Part shown: piece after piece, positions 17,411 through 26,188 of the stretch | How positions within the stretch are numbered: position 1 is the first letter of the stretch | How the letters are laid out: each line of letters starts with the position of its first letter | DNA from: an uncultured Gammaproteobacteria bacterium | GTDB taxonomy: Bacteria > Pseudomonadota > Gammaproteobacteria > Steroidobacterales > Steroidobacteraceae | Direction: 5' to 3' | DNA length: 64,000 nucleotides | Assembly: GCA_963827615.1 (NCBI GenBank) | Contig: CAWHCA010000003.1 | Coordinates: 13,367 to 77,366, forward strand | Translations under genes and position numbers: made by a program | Notes under the pieces: model-generated | Databases searched by the model: none | What the model was told of the DNA's origin: nothing | The model's input: only the letters and a program-made list of their open reading frames with translations

Positions 17411-19636
17411 ATGGATTCCGAGTTCAAGTACCGCGCTTTCATAAGTTACAGTCACAGCGACGAGTCCTGGGCCAAGTGGCTGCACAAGTCGCTCGAGACG
17501 TACTCGGTGCCGAAGCGCCTCGTCGGCAGACAGACCGAGTTTGGCCCCGTGCCTGCACGATTCGCGCCGGTGTTTCGTGACCGGGACGAACTTGCGACGG
17601 CGACCAACCTGGGCGAGACCCTGACGCGAGCACTGGAGCAGTCTGCGTTCCAGGTGGTGATCTGTTCGCCGGCCGCCGCGAAGTCACGTTGGGTGAACGA
17701 GGAAATCCTCGCATTCAAGCGCCTGGGCCGCGAGCACCGGATTTTTTGTCTGATCGTAGGCGGTGAGCCGGGCGCGTCCCTTGTGGAAGCCACCACGGAG
17801 CAGGAGTGTTTCCCGAACGCGCTCATCTATACGATGGGTGCGGACGGACAACTCACCTCGACGCGCGGCGAGCCGATCGCCGCCGACGCCCGGCCACAGA
17901 AGGACAGTAAGCAGGACGTCCGGCTGAAGCTGGTCGCCGGGATGCTCGGCGTCGGTCTCGACGAGTTGAAGCAGCGCGAGGCCCACCGGCGGCAGCGGCG
18001 CATGATGGCGCTGGTCACTGCGTCCGTCGTCGGTATGGCGATCACCTCGGGCCTTGCCGCCGCCGCCTGGATCGCCCGCAACCAGGCCGAGCGCGAGCGC
18101 GTCCGCGCGGAGACCGAAGCCGAAACCGCCCGGCAGACCACGAACTTTCTCGTCGGCCTGTTCGCCGTCTCCGACCCGAACGAGGCTCGCGGCAACTCCA
18201 TCACCGCGCGCGAGATCCTCGACAAGGGCTCGCAGCGCATCAAGTCGGAATTGGTCACGCAGCCGGCGATCCAAGCCACGCTGATGGAGACCATGGGGAC
18301 GGTGTACACGAGCCTGGCGCTTTACCCTCCGGCTGCGTCGCTGCTCGACAGCGCACTGCAGAAGCGTCTCGAACTCTATGGCGCGGACAGCCTCGAGGTG
18401 GCGCAATCGGCGGAGAAGCTCGGCGGGGTGCTGACGCTGACCGCGGAGTACGACAAAGCGGAGTTGATGTACCGCAAGGCGCTGGGCTTGCGACAGCAAC
18501 AGCTCGGACCCGAGCACGTCGACATCGCGCGCAGCCAGTACCTGCTTGCCGATCTTCTCTCTCGCAAGGGCGAGTACGATGCGGCCGAGCCGTTGTTTCG
18601 CGAGTCGCTGGCGATGCGGCGCAAGTTGCTCGGCGGCAACACCGTCGAGGTGGCCAAGAGCCTCGAAGGGCTGGCGATGAATCTCTATAACCAGGGCAAA
18701 TACGACGAGGCCCTGCCCGCGATGCGACTTGCGGTTGAGTTGCAGAGGGGACTGCACCATGCGCCGCACACCGACCTGGCCGAGGCGCTGAGCAATCTCG
18801 GCCTGGTGCTGAGCGACATGGGTGAGTACGGCGAGTCTGAAAAGCTGTATCGGGAGTCGTTGCAGATGAAACGCGTCCTGCTGGGTGACACGCACCCGGA
18901 GATCGCGCTGGGCCTCAACAACATCGCATACGCTTTGACCGACCAGAAGAAATACGACGAGGCGGCGTCGATGTACCGTCAGGCCATAGCCATGCAGCAC
19001 AAGCTGCTCGGCGACGACCACCCGGACATTGCGGCCGCGCTGAACAACCTGGCATTCGTGCTGCACGACAAGGGCGATGCCGAGGGTGCCCGCAGGATGA
19101 TGCAGCAATCGCTCGACATGTACCGACGCACGGTCGGGTCCGAGCATCCGTCGATTGCCCGCGGCATGGGCAACCAGGCGATGTGGCTGATGCAGGCGGG
19201 TGATTACAAGTCGGCCGAACCTCTGTTGCGCGAGGCGCTGCAGATGCGCAGAAAGCTGCTCGGCAATGAGCACACGGACGTCGCCGGCACGCTGACGCTG
19301 CTCGCCAGTCTGCTGGTCGAGACCGGGCGGTTCGAGGAGGCGCGGGCGGCCGCCGCGGAAGCCCGGGCGATTTGCCTGCCCGCCCTGGGGGCGGCCCACT
19401 GGCGGACGGCGGCCGCCACCAGCACCGAAGGCGCGGCGTTGGTCGGTTTGGGGCAAACCGCGCAGGGTGCCAAGTTGTTGATCGAGGGGTTGGCCGCGCT
19501 GCGCGCCGACACGGGGGCATTGCCCTTTTTCCTGGACAACGCGACCCGCTGGGCTGAGGAATACAGCCGCAAGCGGACCGGCGCGCAGGATGCGGTCAAG
19601 CAAACTGCCATGTTGCTAGGCAACAAGGACCGCTGA
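17411..19636 (+). CDS. TIR domain - single TM - TPR repeat protein
   Basis: ATG at 17411. The N-terminal TIR signature is YRAFISYSHSDESWAKWL...FRDRDEL...VVICSPAAAKSRWVNEEILAF. One hydrophobic helix follows (MMALVTASVVGMAITSGLAAAAWIA), then about 9 TPR_12-like repeats (...YDEA...A..L...LG..HP..A..LNNLA...). Confidence 0.85.
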   Translation: MDSEFKYRAFISYSHSDESWAKWLHKSLETYSVPKRLVGRQTEFGPVPARFAPVFRDRDELATATNLGETLTRALEQSAFQVVICSPAAAKSRWVNEEILAFKRLGREHRIFCLIVGGEPGASLVEATTEQECFPNALIYTMGADGQLTSTRGEPIAADARPQKDSKQDVRLKLVAGMLGVGLDELKQREAHRRQRRMMALVTASVVGMAITSGLAAAAWIARNQAERERVRAETEAETARQTTNFLVGLFAVSDPNEARGNSITAREILDKGSQRIKSELVTQPAIQATLMETMGTVYTSLALYPPAASLLDSALQKRLELYGADSLEVAQSAEKLGGVLTLTAEYDKAELMYRKALGLRQQQLGPEHVDIARSQYLLADLLSRKGEYDAAEPLFRESLAMRRKLLGGNTVEVAKSLEGLAMNLYNQGKYDEALPAMRLAVELQRGLHHAPHTDLAEALSNLGLVLSDMGEYGESEKLYRESLQMKRVLLGDTHPEIALGLNNIAYALTDQKKYDEAASMYRQAIAMQHKLLGDDHPDIAAALNNLAFVLHDKGDAEGARRMMQQSLDMYRRTVGSEHPSIARGMGNQAMWLMQAGDYKSAEPLLREALQMRRKLLGNEHTDVAGTLTLLASLLVETGRFEEARAAAAEARAICLPALGAAHWRTAAATSTEGAALVGLGQTAQGAKLLIEGLAALRADTGALPFFLDNATRWAEEYSRKRTGAQDAVKQTAMLLGNKDR

Positions 19637-19742
19637 GAAACCGTTTTGGGCCAGGCCTTTCGTCACAATCCGATCGCGACGCTCTGCCCTCCCGGTTGAC
19701 ATAATCGTCCGGCCTCGGCCGCGGCAGTGCAAGCGACTGAAT

Positions 19743-19758
19743 TGTGATACGTTTCACA
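19743..19758. promoter_or_regulatory. CRP/CLP-type binding site candidate TGTGA-N6-TCACA
   Basis: TGTGATACGTTTCACA is an exact match to both half-sites of the CRP consensus core. It lies about 145 nt upstream of the first lectin gene start. Confidence 0.4.
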
Positions 19759-19895
19759 CATTCAAGACGCTTGCGCTCGGTCTGGCCTTGAAGCGCCGCC
19801 TGCAAGTCGAGCCGGCCGAGCAATTCGACTCGCTTTAAGAATAAGAAAGACACCGCAAGGGTCCCTGGCCTTGCGCGCACGCAGGAGTGAACAAG

Positions 19896-21380
19896 GTGGG
19901 TAAGGGAATCAGTCTGTTTGCCGGTCTGACCGCATTGTTTGCCATGGGTTCGGCGGGAGCGGCTTGTCCCGGCACGCCGACGCAGGCAGATACCAATCCG
20001 GAAACCGGGCACTATTTTGAGGTCTACGCGGCCACGGGCATCACCTGGGACGATGCCAAGGCGTGCGCCGATGCCAGCACCAGCAACGACATTCCCGGGC
20101 ACCTTGCGACCATTACGTCGTCCAGCGAGGACGAATGGGTCGATAGTTTGAGAAACAGCTCAGGGCTCGGCCAGGTCTGGGTTGGCGGTTACCAGGTGCC
20201 GGGCTCGACGGAGCCGGGTGGCGGGTGGCGTTGGGAAAACAACGAGGGCCCCTTTTCAGGCGTGAACAACGACCCCGGTCTGCCTGGATACACGAACTGG
20301 GCCGCTGCCGAGCCGAACAATGACGGGGGCGTCGAGAGCCACCTGACGCTTGGTCGGTACGGCCTGGGCGGCGGCTGGAACGACGAAGGCAGTGCTCTCG
20401 GTTCAATCGGCGGCTTCATCGTCGAGTACGATGTGCCGCGCACCGCCGAGTGCACTGTCGGTGTCGATTGCCAGACTATCAACGGCCAGACGCTGCAGTT
20501 TCCGCCGGGATCGTTCCAGGCCGGCGACAAGGTCAAGTTCACGGCCTATGAGTTCACGGATCCGCGCGTCGTCGCCGGCAAGTGCACGACACGTGGGCCA
20601 CTGACATTGTTCACGGATCCCGCCTTCGGATCCAATGCGCAGCTGAAGATTCCGCCGTACCTGTGCGGTTCGCCCAGGTTTGTCGTCGTCAAGGTGGACT
20701 CGAGCGATCTCGACATACTGAAGGGGACCGTGCTGGTCGAGAACCAGACCACTGAGGTGGTCCTGCCGACCAACCTGTACAAGTGCTTTGACCCGATCAT
20801 TGGCAGCGCGCTAGAGGGTGTGGATTCGCGGTGGAAAAAGGATCCGCAGTACCAGGACGTGGTCGTGTGGCAGTCCACCAACCCGCTCGACATGCTCGAA
20901 AATATGACCACGACTCCGCTCGACTTCGTTGGCGCTGCGACCGAAGCCACGAATGGATGTGGCAGTACCGTGGCGAAGGTCCGCGGCGCGTCCTATTTCA
21001 TCGTCGGCATGCACATCGATTTCGGCCCGGGCTACGAGTTGTCGTCCAACTCGCTGGCGAACTACGGCAAATTCGTGAGCCTGACCCGGTACAAGCTGAC
21101 GCTACTGCGCAAGTCTATTGTGGCGGCGAGGTCGGCGGGATCACTCAGACCGGCCGTCTCCACGGCGATGGACGCATTGATCGCGCTCGCGATCTACCGG
21201 CTCGACCGGGGCAATCCCGCGGGCGCGTTGGTCCAGGTCAGGCAGTTCCTCTGGCTCGCCAACGCGGCGACATACACGCCAATAGCTGGCGCCAACTACA
21301 ACGGTGATCATGTCATGCGCGGCGAGAACATTGCGTTCATGCTGCGGGTCAAGGTCATACCCTACCCGGTCGCGCCTTGA
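19896..21380 (+). CDS. Secreted C-type lectin domain protein, paralogue 1 (CTLD + ~300-aa Cys-rich domain of unknown function)
   Basis: The GTG at 19896 lies 8 nt after AGGAG; the ORF-track start at 19887 overlaps the RBS. It has a signal peptide. CTLD landmarks are GHLATITSSSEDEWV, VWVGG, WRWENNEGPF, NWAAAEPNNDGG (EPN) and GGGWNDEG (WND). Confidence 0.8.
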   Translation: MGKGISLFAGLTALFAMGSAGAACPGTPTQADTNPETGHYFEVYAATGITWDDAKACADASTSNDIPGHLATITSSSEDEWVDSLRNSSGLGQVWVGGYQVPGSTEPGGGWRWENNEGPFSGVNNDPGLPGYTNWAAAEPNNDGGVESHLTLGRYGLGGGWNDEGSALGSIGGFIVEYDVPRTAECTVGVDCQTINGQTLQFPPGSFQAGDKVKFTAYEFTDPRVVAGKCTTRGPLTLFTDPAFGSNAQLKIPPYLCGSPRFVVVKVDSSDLDILKGTVLVENQTTEVVLPTNLYKCFDPIIGSALEGVDSRWKKDPQYQDVVVWQSTNPLDMLENMTTTPLDFVGAATEATNGCGSTVAKVRGASYFIVGMHIDFGPGYELSSNSLANYGKFVSLTRYKLTLLRKSIVAARSAGSLRPAVSTAMDALIALAIYRLDRGNPAGALVQVRQFLWLANAATYTPIAGANYNGDHVMRGENIAFMLRVKVIPYPVAP

Positions 21381-21453
21381 ATGAGCCACGGACCGGGCAT
21401 GCGGCTCGCCGCAGTCCACGGTCCCTGGCCTTGCACGCACGAAGGAGTGGAGA

Positions 21454-23007
21454 ATGAATATGGACAAGGGAATCGGTCTATTTGTCGGCTTGGCAGCGGT
21501 GTTTGCCATGGGGTCCGCGCAGGCCGCGTGCCCCGGAACTCAGGTGCTGGTGTATTCGGACATCAATGACGCCACCGGCCACGTTTTCGAGGTTTACAGG
21601 GCGAACGGGATTTCCTGGGCCGACGCGGCGGACTGCGCCGACAACATCACCACCACCGGCGCCACGGGGCACCTCGCAACCATCACGTCATCCAGCGAGA
21701 ACCAGTGGGTCATCGACTCCCTGTTGATCCCTTCGCTGACCACGTCGGTAGAAGTTCCCTCGCCGCTGACGCAAAGCCAGGTCTGGGTGGGCGGTGTGCA
21801 AGACGCGTCGGCGACGGGAATCGGCGATGGCTGGCGTTGGGTGAATAGCGAAGGGCCGTTTTCCGGCACGAACAACAATCCCGCGATGCCGGGCTTCACC
21901 AATTGGGCCGGCAGCGAGCCGAACGATGGTGACGGTTTCGAGAACGGGCAAGAGAATCATTTGACGGTCGGCCGGTACCCCGGGAATTACTATGTCTGGA
22001 ACGACGAAGGTGCCGCTCCGGGCTCGATTGGTGGATTCATCGTCGAATACGACGTGCCGCGTACGGCCCAGTGTACCGTCGGTGTTAATTGCGAAACCAT
22101 CGACGGTCAGACGCTGGTTTTTCCGACTGGATCGTACACGACCGGCGACACGATCAAGTTCACGGCCTATGAATTCAACGATCCGCGCGTCGTCGCCGGC
22201 AAGTGCACGACGCGGGCGCCGCTGACGTTGTTCATGGATACTGCCGCTTTCGGGTCCAATGCGCAGCTGAGAATCCCACCGTACCTTTGCGGTTCCCCCA
22301 AGTTTGTCGTCGTCGCGGTGGACTCAAGTCAGCTCGACATCCTCAAGGGCACCGTGTTCGTCGAAAACCAGACGACCGAGAAGGTGCTGCCCAGTAACCT
22401 TTACAAGTGTTTTGACCCGATCCTCGGCAGCCTGCTGACGGGGGATTCGCGTTACTCCCCGGATCCGCAGTACCAGGACGTGGTCGTGTGGCAATCCACG
22501 AATCCCACAGGCATGCTCGAAAACGCGACCACGGCGCCGCCCGACTTCGTTGGCGCAGCGACTGAAGCCACGAACGGTTGCGGCAGCACCGTCGCGAAGG
22601 TCCGGGGTGCTTCCTACTTCGTGGTCGGCATGCACATCGACTTCGGTACAGGTTTCGAATATGCGACAAACCCGTTGCAGAACTATCAGCAGTTCGTCGC
22701 GTTGACCCAGTACAAGCTCTCGCTGCTACAGAAGTCCGTGGCCAATGCGCGATCGGTCGGCTCGGTGAAGAATCCGGACGGGCAGGCCATGGCCTCGCAG
22801 GTGAAGAACGCGATCAGCAAGCTCAACGCGGGTGATCCCGCCGGCGCGCTAACGTCGATCAACCAGTTCATCAACAAGGTGAATTCGTCCACGTACTACT
22901 TTCCCACGAGCGTGACGTTCAACTACAACGGCGATCACCTGATGCGCGGCGAGAACATCAGGTTCATGCTGCGGGTCAAGGTGATCCCCTACAAGCCAGT
23001 GCCTTAA
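21454..23007 (+). CDS. Secreted C-type lectin domain protein, paralogue 2
   Basis: Same architecture as paralogue 1: GHLATITSSSENQWV, VWVGG, WRWVNSEGPF, NWAGSEPNDGDG (EPN), YVWNDEG (WND). The 5' leader is duplicated too (GGTCCCTGGCCTTGC.CGCACG.AGGAGTG before both genes). Confidence 0.8.
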   Translation: MNMDKGIGLFVGLAAVFAMGSAQAACPGTQVLVYSDINDATGHVFEVYRANGISWADAADCADNITTTGATGHLATITSSSENQWVIDSLLIPSLTTSVEVPSPLTQSQVWVGGVQDASATGIGDGWRWVNSEGPFSGTNNNPAMPGFTNWAGSEPNDGDGFENGQENHLTVGRYPGNYYVWNDEGAAPGSIGGFIVEYDVPRTAQCTVGVNCETIDGQTLVFPTGSYTTGDTIKFTAYEFNDPRVVAGKCTTRAPLTLFMDTAAFGSNAQLRIPPYLCGSPKFVVVAVDSSQLDILKGTVFVENQTTEKVLPSNLYKCFDPILGSLLTGDSRYSPDPQYQDVVVWQSTNPTGMLENATTAPPDFVGAATEATNGCGSTVAKVRGASYFVVGMHIDFGTGFEYATNPLQNYQQFVALTQYKLSLLQKSVANARSVGSVKNPDGQAMASQVKNAISKLNAGDPAGALTSINQFINKVNSSTYYFPTSVTFNYNGDHLMRGENIRFMLRVKVIPYKPVP

Positions 23008-23016
23008 GTAGGCGCC

Positions 23017-23052
23017 AGACAAAGCCCGTGACTCGCGGCACGGGCTTTGTCT
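23017..23052 (+). terminator. Hairpin terminator after lectin paralogue 2
   Basis: AGACAAAGCCCGTG-(8 nt)-CACGGGCTTTGTCT is a perfect 14-bp stem. Only a weak T-tract follows. Confidence 0.55.
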
Positions 23053-23104
23053 ATCTGAAGGTCCGGTGTGCTGGGGCGGCTAGCCCCGGCGTACCGGCGC
23101 AGAC

Positions 23105-24298
23105 GTGATCGGCGGCCGGCTCGACAAGCGACTGTACGGCGCCATGTTCCTGATGGCCACGAGCGCCATCGGCCCCGGCTTCATCACCCAGACGACTCAG
23201 TTCACCGCCCAACTCGGCGCGGCCTTCGCTTTTGCGATCCTGGTCTCGATCCTCATCGACGTCGCGCTGCAGTTGAACGTGTGGCGCGTGATCGGCGTGT
23301 CGGGATTGCGGGCGCAGGAACTCGGGAATAGCGTAGCGCCGGGCGTCGGGCATGTGTTCACGGTCTTCGTGGTGCTCGGTGGTTTCGTCTTCAACGTCGG
23401 CAATATCGCGGGCGCCGGGCTTGGTCTCGAGGCGCTGCTGGGACTCGAGCCGAAGTGGGGCGGGGCGGCTTCGGCTTTGCTGGCGATCGCGGTCTTTTTG
23501 TCGCGCCGGGCCGGAGTCACGATGGACCGGATCGTCGTCGTGCTCGGCTTCGTCATGATCGCGCTGACAGCGTACGTGGCCTTCGTCTCCCAGCCTCCGC
23601 TCGGCGCCGCGCTGCGTAACGCGGTGCTGCCCGAGCGAGTCGACTTCCTCGCGATCACGACGCTGGTCGGTGGCACGGTGGGCGGCTACATCACTTATGC
23701 CGGCGCGCATCGGCTGCTCGACGCCGGTGTGCACGGTCCTGACCGTGTGGCGGAGATTTCCCGGGCCTCAGTTATCGGCGTGCTGGTGACCGGCCTGATG
23801 CGTGTCCTGCTGTTTCTCGCCGTGCTCGGCGTGGTCGCGGCAGGCGTGCGGCTGGATCCGTCCAACCCAGCCGCCTCTGCCTTCGAGGCGGCCGCCGGCG
23901 GAGTGGGCAGGCGCGTGTTCGGCCTGATCCTGTGGGCTGCCGCAATCACCTCGGTCATCGGTGCTTCGTACACGTCGGTGTCGTTCCTTGTCGGCGCGTC
24001 GGCGCGGCTTGCGCGACGCCGGAGCATTCTCGTAGTGGCTTTCGTCGGCCTGTCGGCAACCGTGTACCTGATGGCGGGTGCGGCGCCTGTGCCACTGCTG
24101 GTGTTCGCGGGTGCCTTCAATGGCCTGATCCTGCCGATCGGCATCGCCGTCCTGCTGTGGGTGGCGATCCGCCGGCCCTATCTAATGGGCGGTTACGCCT
24201 ATCCCCGTCACCTTGCTGCGTTGGGTTTCGTGGCATGGCTGGTCACGATCTACCTTGGCTGGGAATCGCTCGACAGGCTGGCGACGCTGTTCATTTAA
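23105..24298 (+). CDS. Nramp-related membrane transporter (divergent; lacks the canonical DPGN motif)
   Basis: 397 aa with about 11 TM segments. The N-terminal segment MATSAIGPGFITQTTQF resembles Nramp-family TM1. Confidence 0.55.
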   Translation: MIGGRLDKRLYGAMFLMATSAIGPGFITQTTQFTAQLGAAFAFAILVSILIDVALQLNVWRVIGVSGLRAQELGNSVAPGVGHVFTVFVVLGGFVFNVGNIAGAGLGLEALLGLEPKWGGAASALLAIAVFLSRRAGVTMDRIVVVLGFVMIALTAYVAFVSQPPLGAALRNAVLPERVDFLAITTLVGGTVGGYITYAGAHRLLDAGVHGPDRVAEISRASVIGVLVTGLMRVLLFLAVLGVVAAGVRLDPSNPAASAFEAAAGGVGRRVFGLILWAAAITSVIGASYTSVSFLVGASARLARRRSILVVAFVGLSATVYLMAGAAPVPLLVFAGAFNGLILPIGIAVLLWVAIRRPYLMGGYAYPRHLAALGFVAWLVTIYLGWESLDRLATLFI

Positions 24299-24385
24299 CG
24301 GATACGGTGGGCGGCCCGCCTGCCGCCCGCCGCCGATCGCAGCAATCGACGCGCCCGGTGCGGTGGATGGGTATCATCCCCGCGC

Positions 24386-26188
24386 ATGGCGACCGCACCC
24401 GAGCACGCAGCGCCCGCTGAGACTCCCTTCACCGCCGGTCCGGACCGCCGGACGGGCGCGCGCAGCTACGCCGTTCCTTTCATCGTGGCCGTCACGGGCC
24501 ATCGCGACCTCGTCCCCGACGAGATTCCGATCATCCGGTCCCGCGTGCGCGACTGCCTGTTCAGCCTGCGCTACGAGTACCCCAGCCGCATCATCGTCGT
24601 GATGTCCTCGCTGGCCGACGGCGCGGACCGCCTCGTGGCGGAAGAGGCGTTGCAGCTCGGCATGCCGCTCAGCGTCGTCTTGCCGATGCCGCGGGTGATG
24701 TACGAGGAAGACTTCACGCCGGAGTCCCTCGAGCAGTTCGCGGAACTCTGCGACAAGGCCGCAGAGATCTTTGAACTGCCCCTGCTGCCGGGTGCGACGC
24801 CACGGTCCATCGCGGAAAGTGGGCCGAACCGCACCCGCCAGTATGCCCAGCTCGGCGTGTTCCTGAGCGCGCACTGCCACGTGCTGCTCGCGCTCTGGGA
24901 TGGCAAAGGCAGTGACCTTCTTGGCGGCACGGCGGCCACGATCCAGTTCCATCACCACGACGTGATGCCCGGCTACACGCCGCGCGTGACCTCGAGCAAG
25001 CTCAACCTGACCGAAGACGAGAGCGACCTCGTTTATCACATCGTCTGTTCGCGGGACCGGCCGGACGGCGAGCCTGCGCCCGGGTTGAAGCCCTTGGAGA
25101 CGTCATGGTTCACGACGGACGAGGAGAATCCGCGGACGGCCGAGATTTCCGCGCGGCACCGCAAGGTGTTCGAGTACACCAACGAGTTCAGCCGCGAAGC
25201 GCAGAACAACGCGGCCGCGATCGACAAGGAACGCTACTCGCTGTTGACCGGCGAGCAGGCAGCGACGTTGCCGGCCGGTCTCTGGGACATCAACCAGGCG
25301 TTCTGCGCGGCCGACTGGCTGGCCATCCACTACCAGAAGAAGGTCGTGAAGACGCTGCAGGGGGGCCACGTGGCAGCCTTCCTGACCGCCGTGGGCTACC
25401 TGACGTACACCGACCTGCTATCCACGCCGTTGATGATCGGCGGCATCATCTCGTTGATGCTTTTCGCCGTCGTGAACAACGCACTCGCGGTGCGCGGCAG
25501 CTGGCAACGCAAGTACCTCGACTATCGCACGCTGGCGGAAGGCCTGCGGGTCCAGTTCTACTGGGCTGCGGCCGGCGTCACCAGCGGCAGCGTTTCGAAG
25601 TACGCGCACGACAACTTCCTGCAGATGCAAGACACCGAGCTTGGCTGGATCCGCAACGTCATGCGCGTCGCCGGCATGGAGTGCGACGTGGCGCCAAACC
25701 TCGATCCGCATGGCGTGCAGTTCGCGGTGCAGGAGTGGATCGGCGACGACAAGTCCGGCCAGCTCGGTTATTACCGCAAGAAGTCCGCCCAGCGCATCGT
25801 CGAGCACGACTCCACGTTGCGCATCGGGCGGCTCGGGATCTGGACCACGATCATCGCGCTCACGACATTGCTGTTCGTTGGTTCGGCGCTATCGGACGAA
25901 GTGCGGACCCCGGTCGTCTACCTGATGGGTATCGTCATGCTGATGGTGGGCGTGCGGCAGGCGTACGCAAAGACCACGGCCGAGGCCGAACTGATCAAGC
26001 AGTACGAGTTCATGCATCGCATCTTCCGCAACGCGCGCAAGCGTATCGACGATGCCGACAACGACGGTGACAAGCGGCGTATCCTGAAGATCCTCGGGGA
26101 TGCCGCGCTGGAAGAACACGCGCAGTGGATCCTGATCCACCGCGAGCGGTCGATCGACGAGAAGGAGGGGATCAAGCTCGGCGGCTGA
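24386..26188 (+). CDS. SLOG-like (LOG/YpsA-type Rossmannoid) domain fused to two 2TM SLATT-like modules
   Basis: The N-terminal ~200 aa carry FIVAVTGHRDL, SSLADGADRLVAEEAL and a LOG-like glycine motif LLGGTAATIQF. Two hairpin TM pairs follow (about aa 335-380 and about aa 480-525). The second pair is preceded by GQLGYYRKKSAQRI, typical of SLATT/DUF4231-type modules. Confidence 0.6.
   Translation: MATAPEHAAPAETPFTAGPDRRTGARSYAVPFIVAVTGHRDLVPDEIPIIRSRVRDCLFSLRYEYPSRIIVVMSSLADGADRLVAEEALQLGMPLSVVLPMPRVMYEEDFTPESLEQFAELCDKAAEIFELPLLPGATPRSIAESGPNRTRQYAQLGVFLSAHCHVLLALWDGKGSDLLGGTAATIQFHHHDVMPGYTPRVTSSKLNLTEDESDLVYHIVCSRDRPDGEPAPGLKPLETSWFTTDEENPRTAEISARHRKVFEYTNEFSREAQNNAAAIDKERYSLLTGEQAATLPAGLWDINQAFCAADWLAIHYQKKVVKTLQGGHVAAFLTAVGYLTYTDLLSTPLMIGGIISLMLFAVVNNALAVRGSWQRKYLDYRTLAEGLRVQFYWAAAGVTSGSVSKYAHDNFLQMQDTELGWIRNVMRVAGMECDVAPNLDPHGVQFAVQEWIGDDKSGQLGYYRKKSAQRIVEHDSTLRIGRLGIWTTIIALTTLLFVGSALSDEVRTPVVYLMGIVMLMVGVRQAYAKTTAEAELIKQYEFMHRIFRNARKRIDDADNDGDKRRILKILGDAALEEHAQWILIHRERSIDEKEGIKLGG

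Noticed and set aside
17684-19603. 639-aa minus-strand ORF
   Set aside because: It is antisense to the TIR-TPR gene. The TPR periodicity is visible only on the plus strand.
19896-23007. C-type lectin genes as diversity-generating retroelement (DGR) targets
   Set aside because: No reverse transcriptase, template repeat or Avd-like gene is in the window. The CTLD is the N-terminal animal-type domain rather than a C-terminal variable region. The differences between paralogues are not adenine-specific as far as I can judge by eye.
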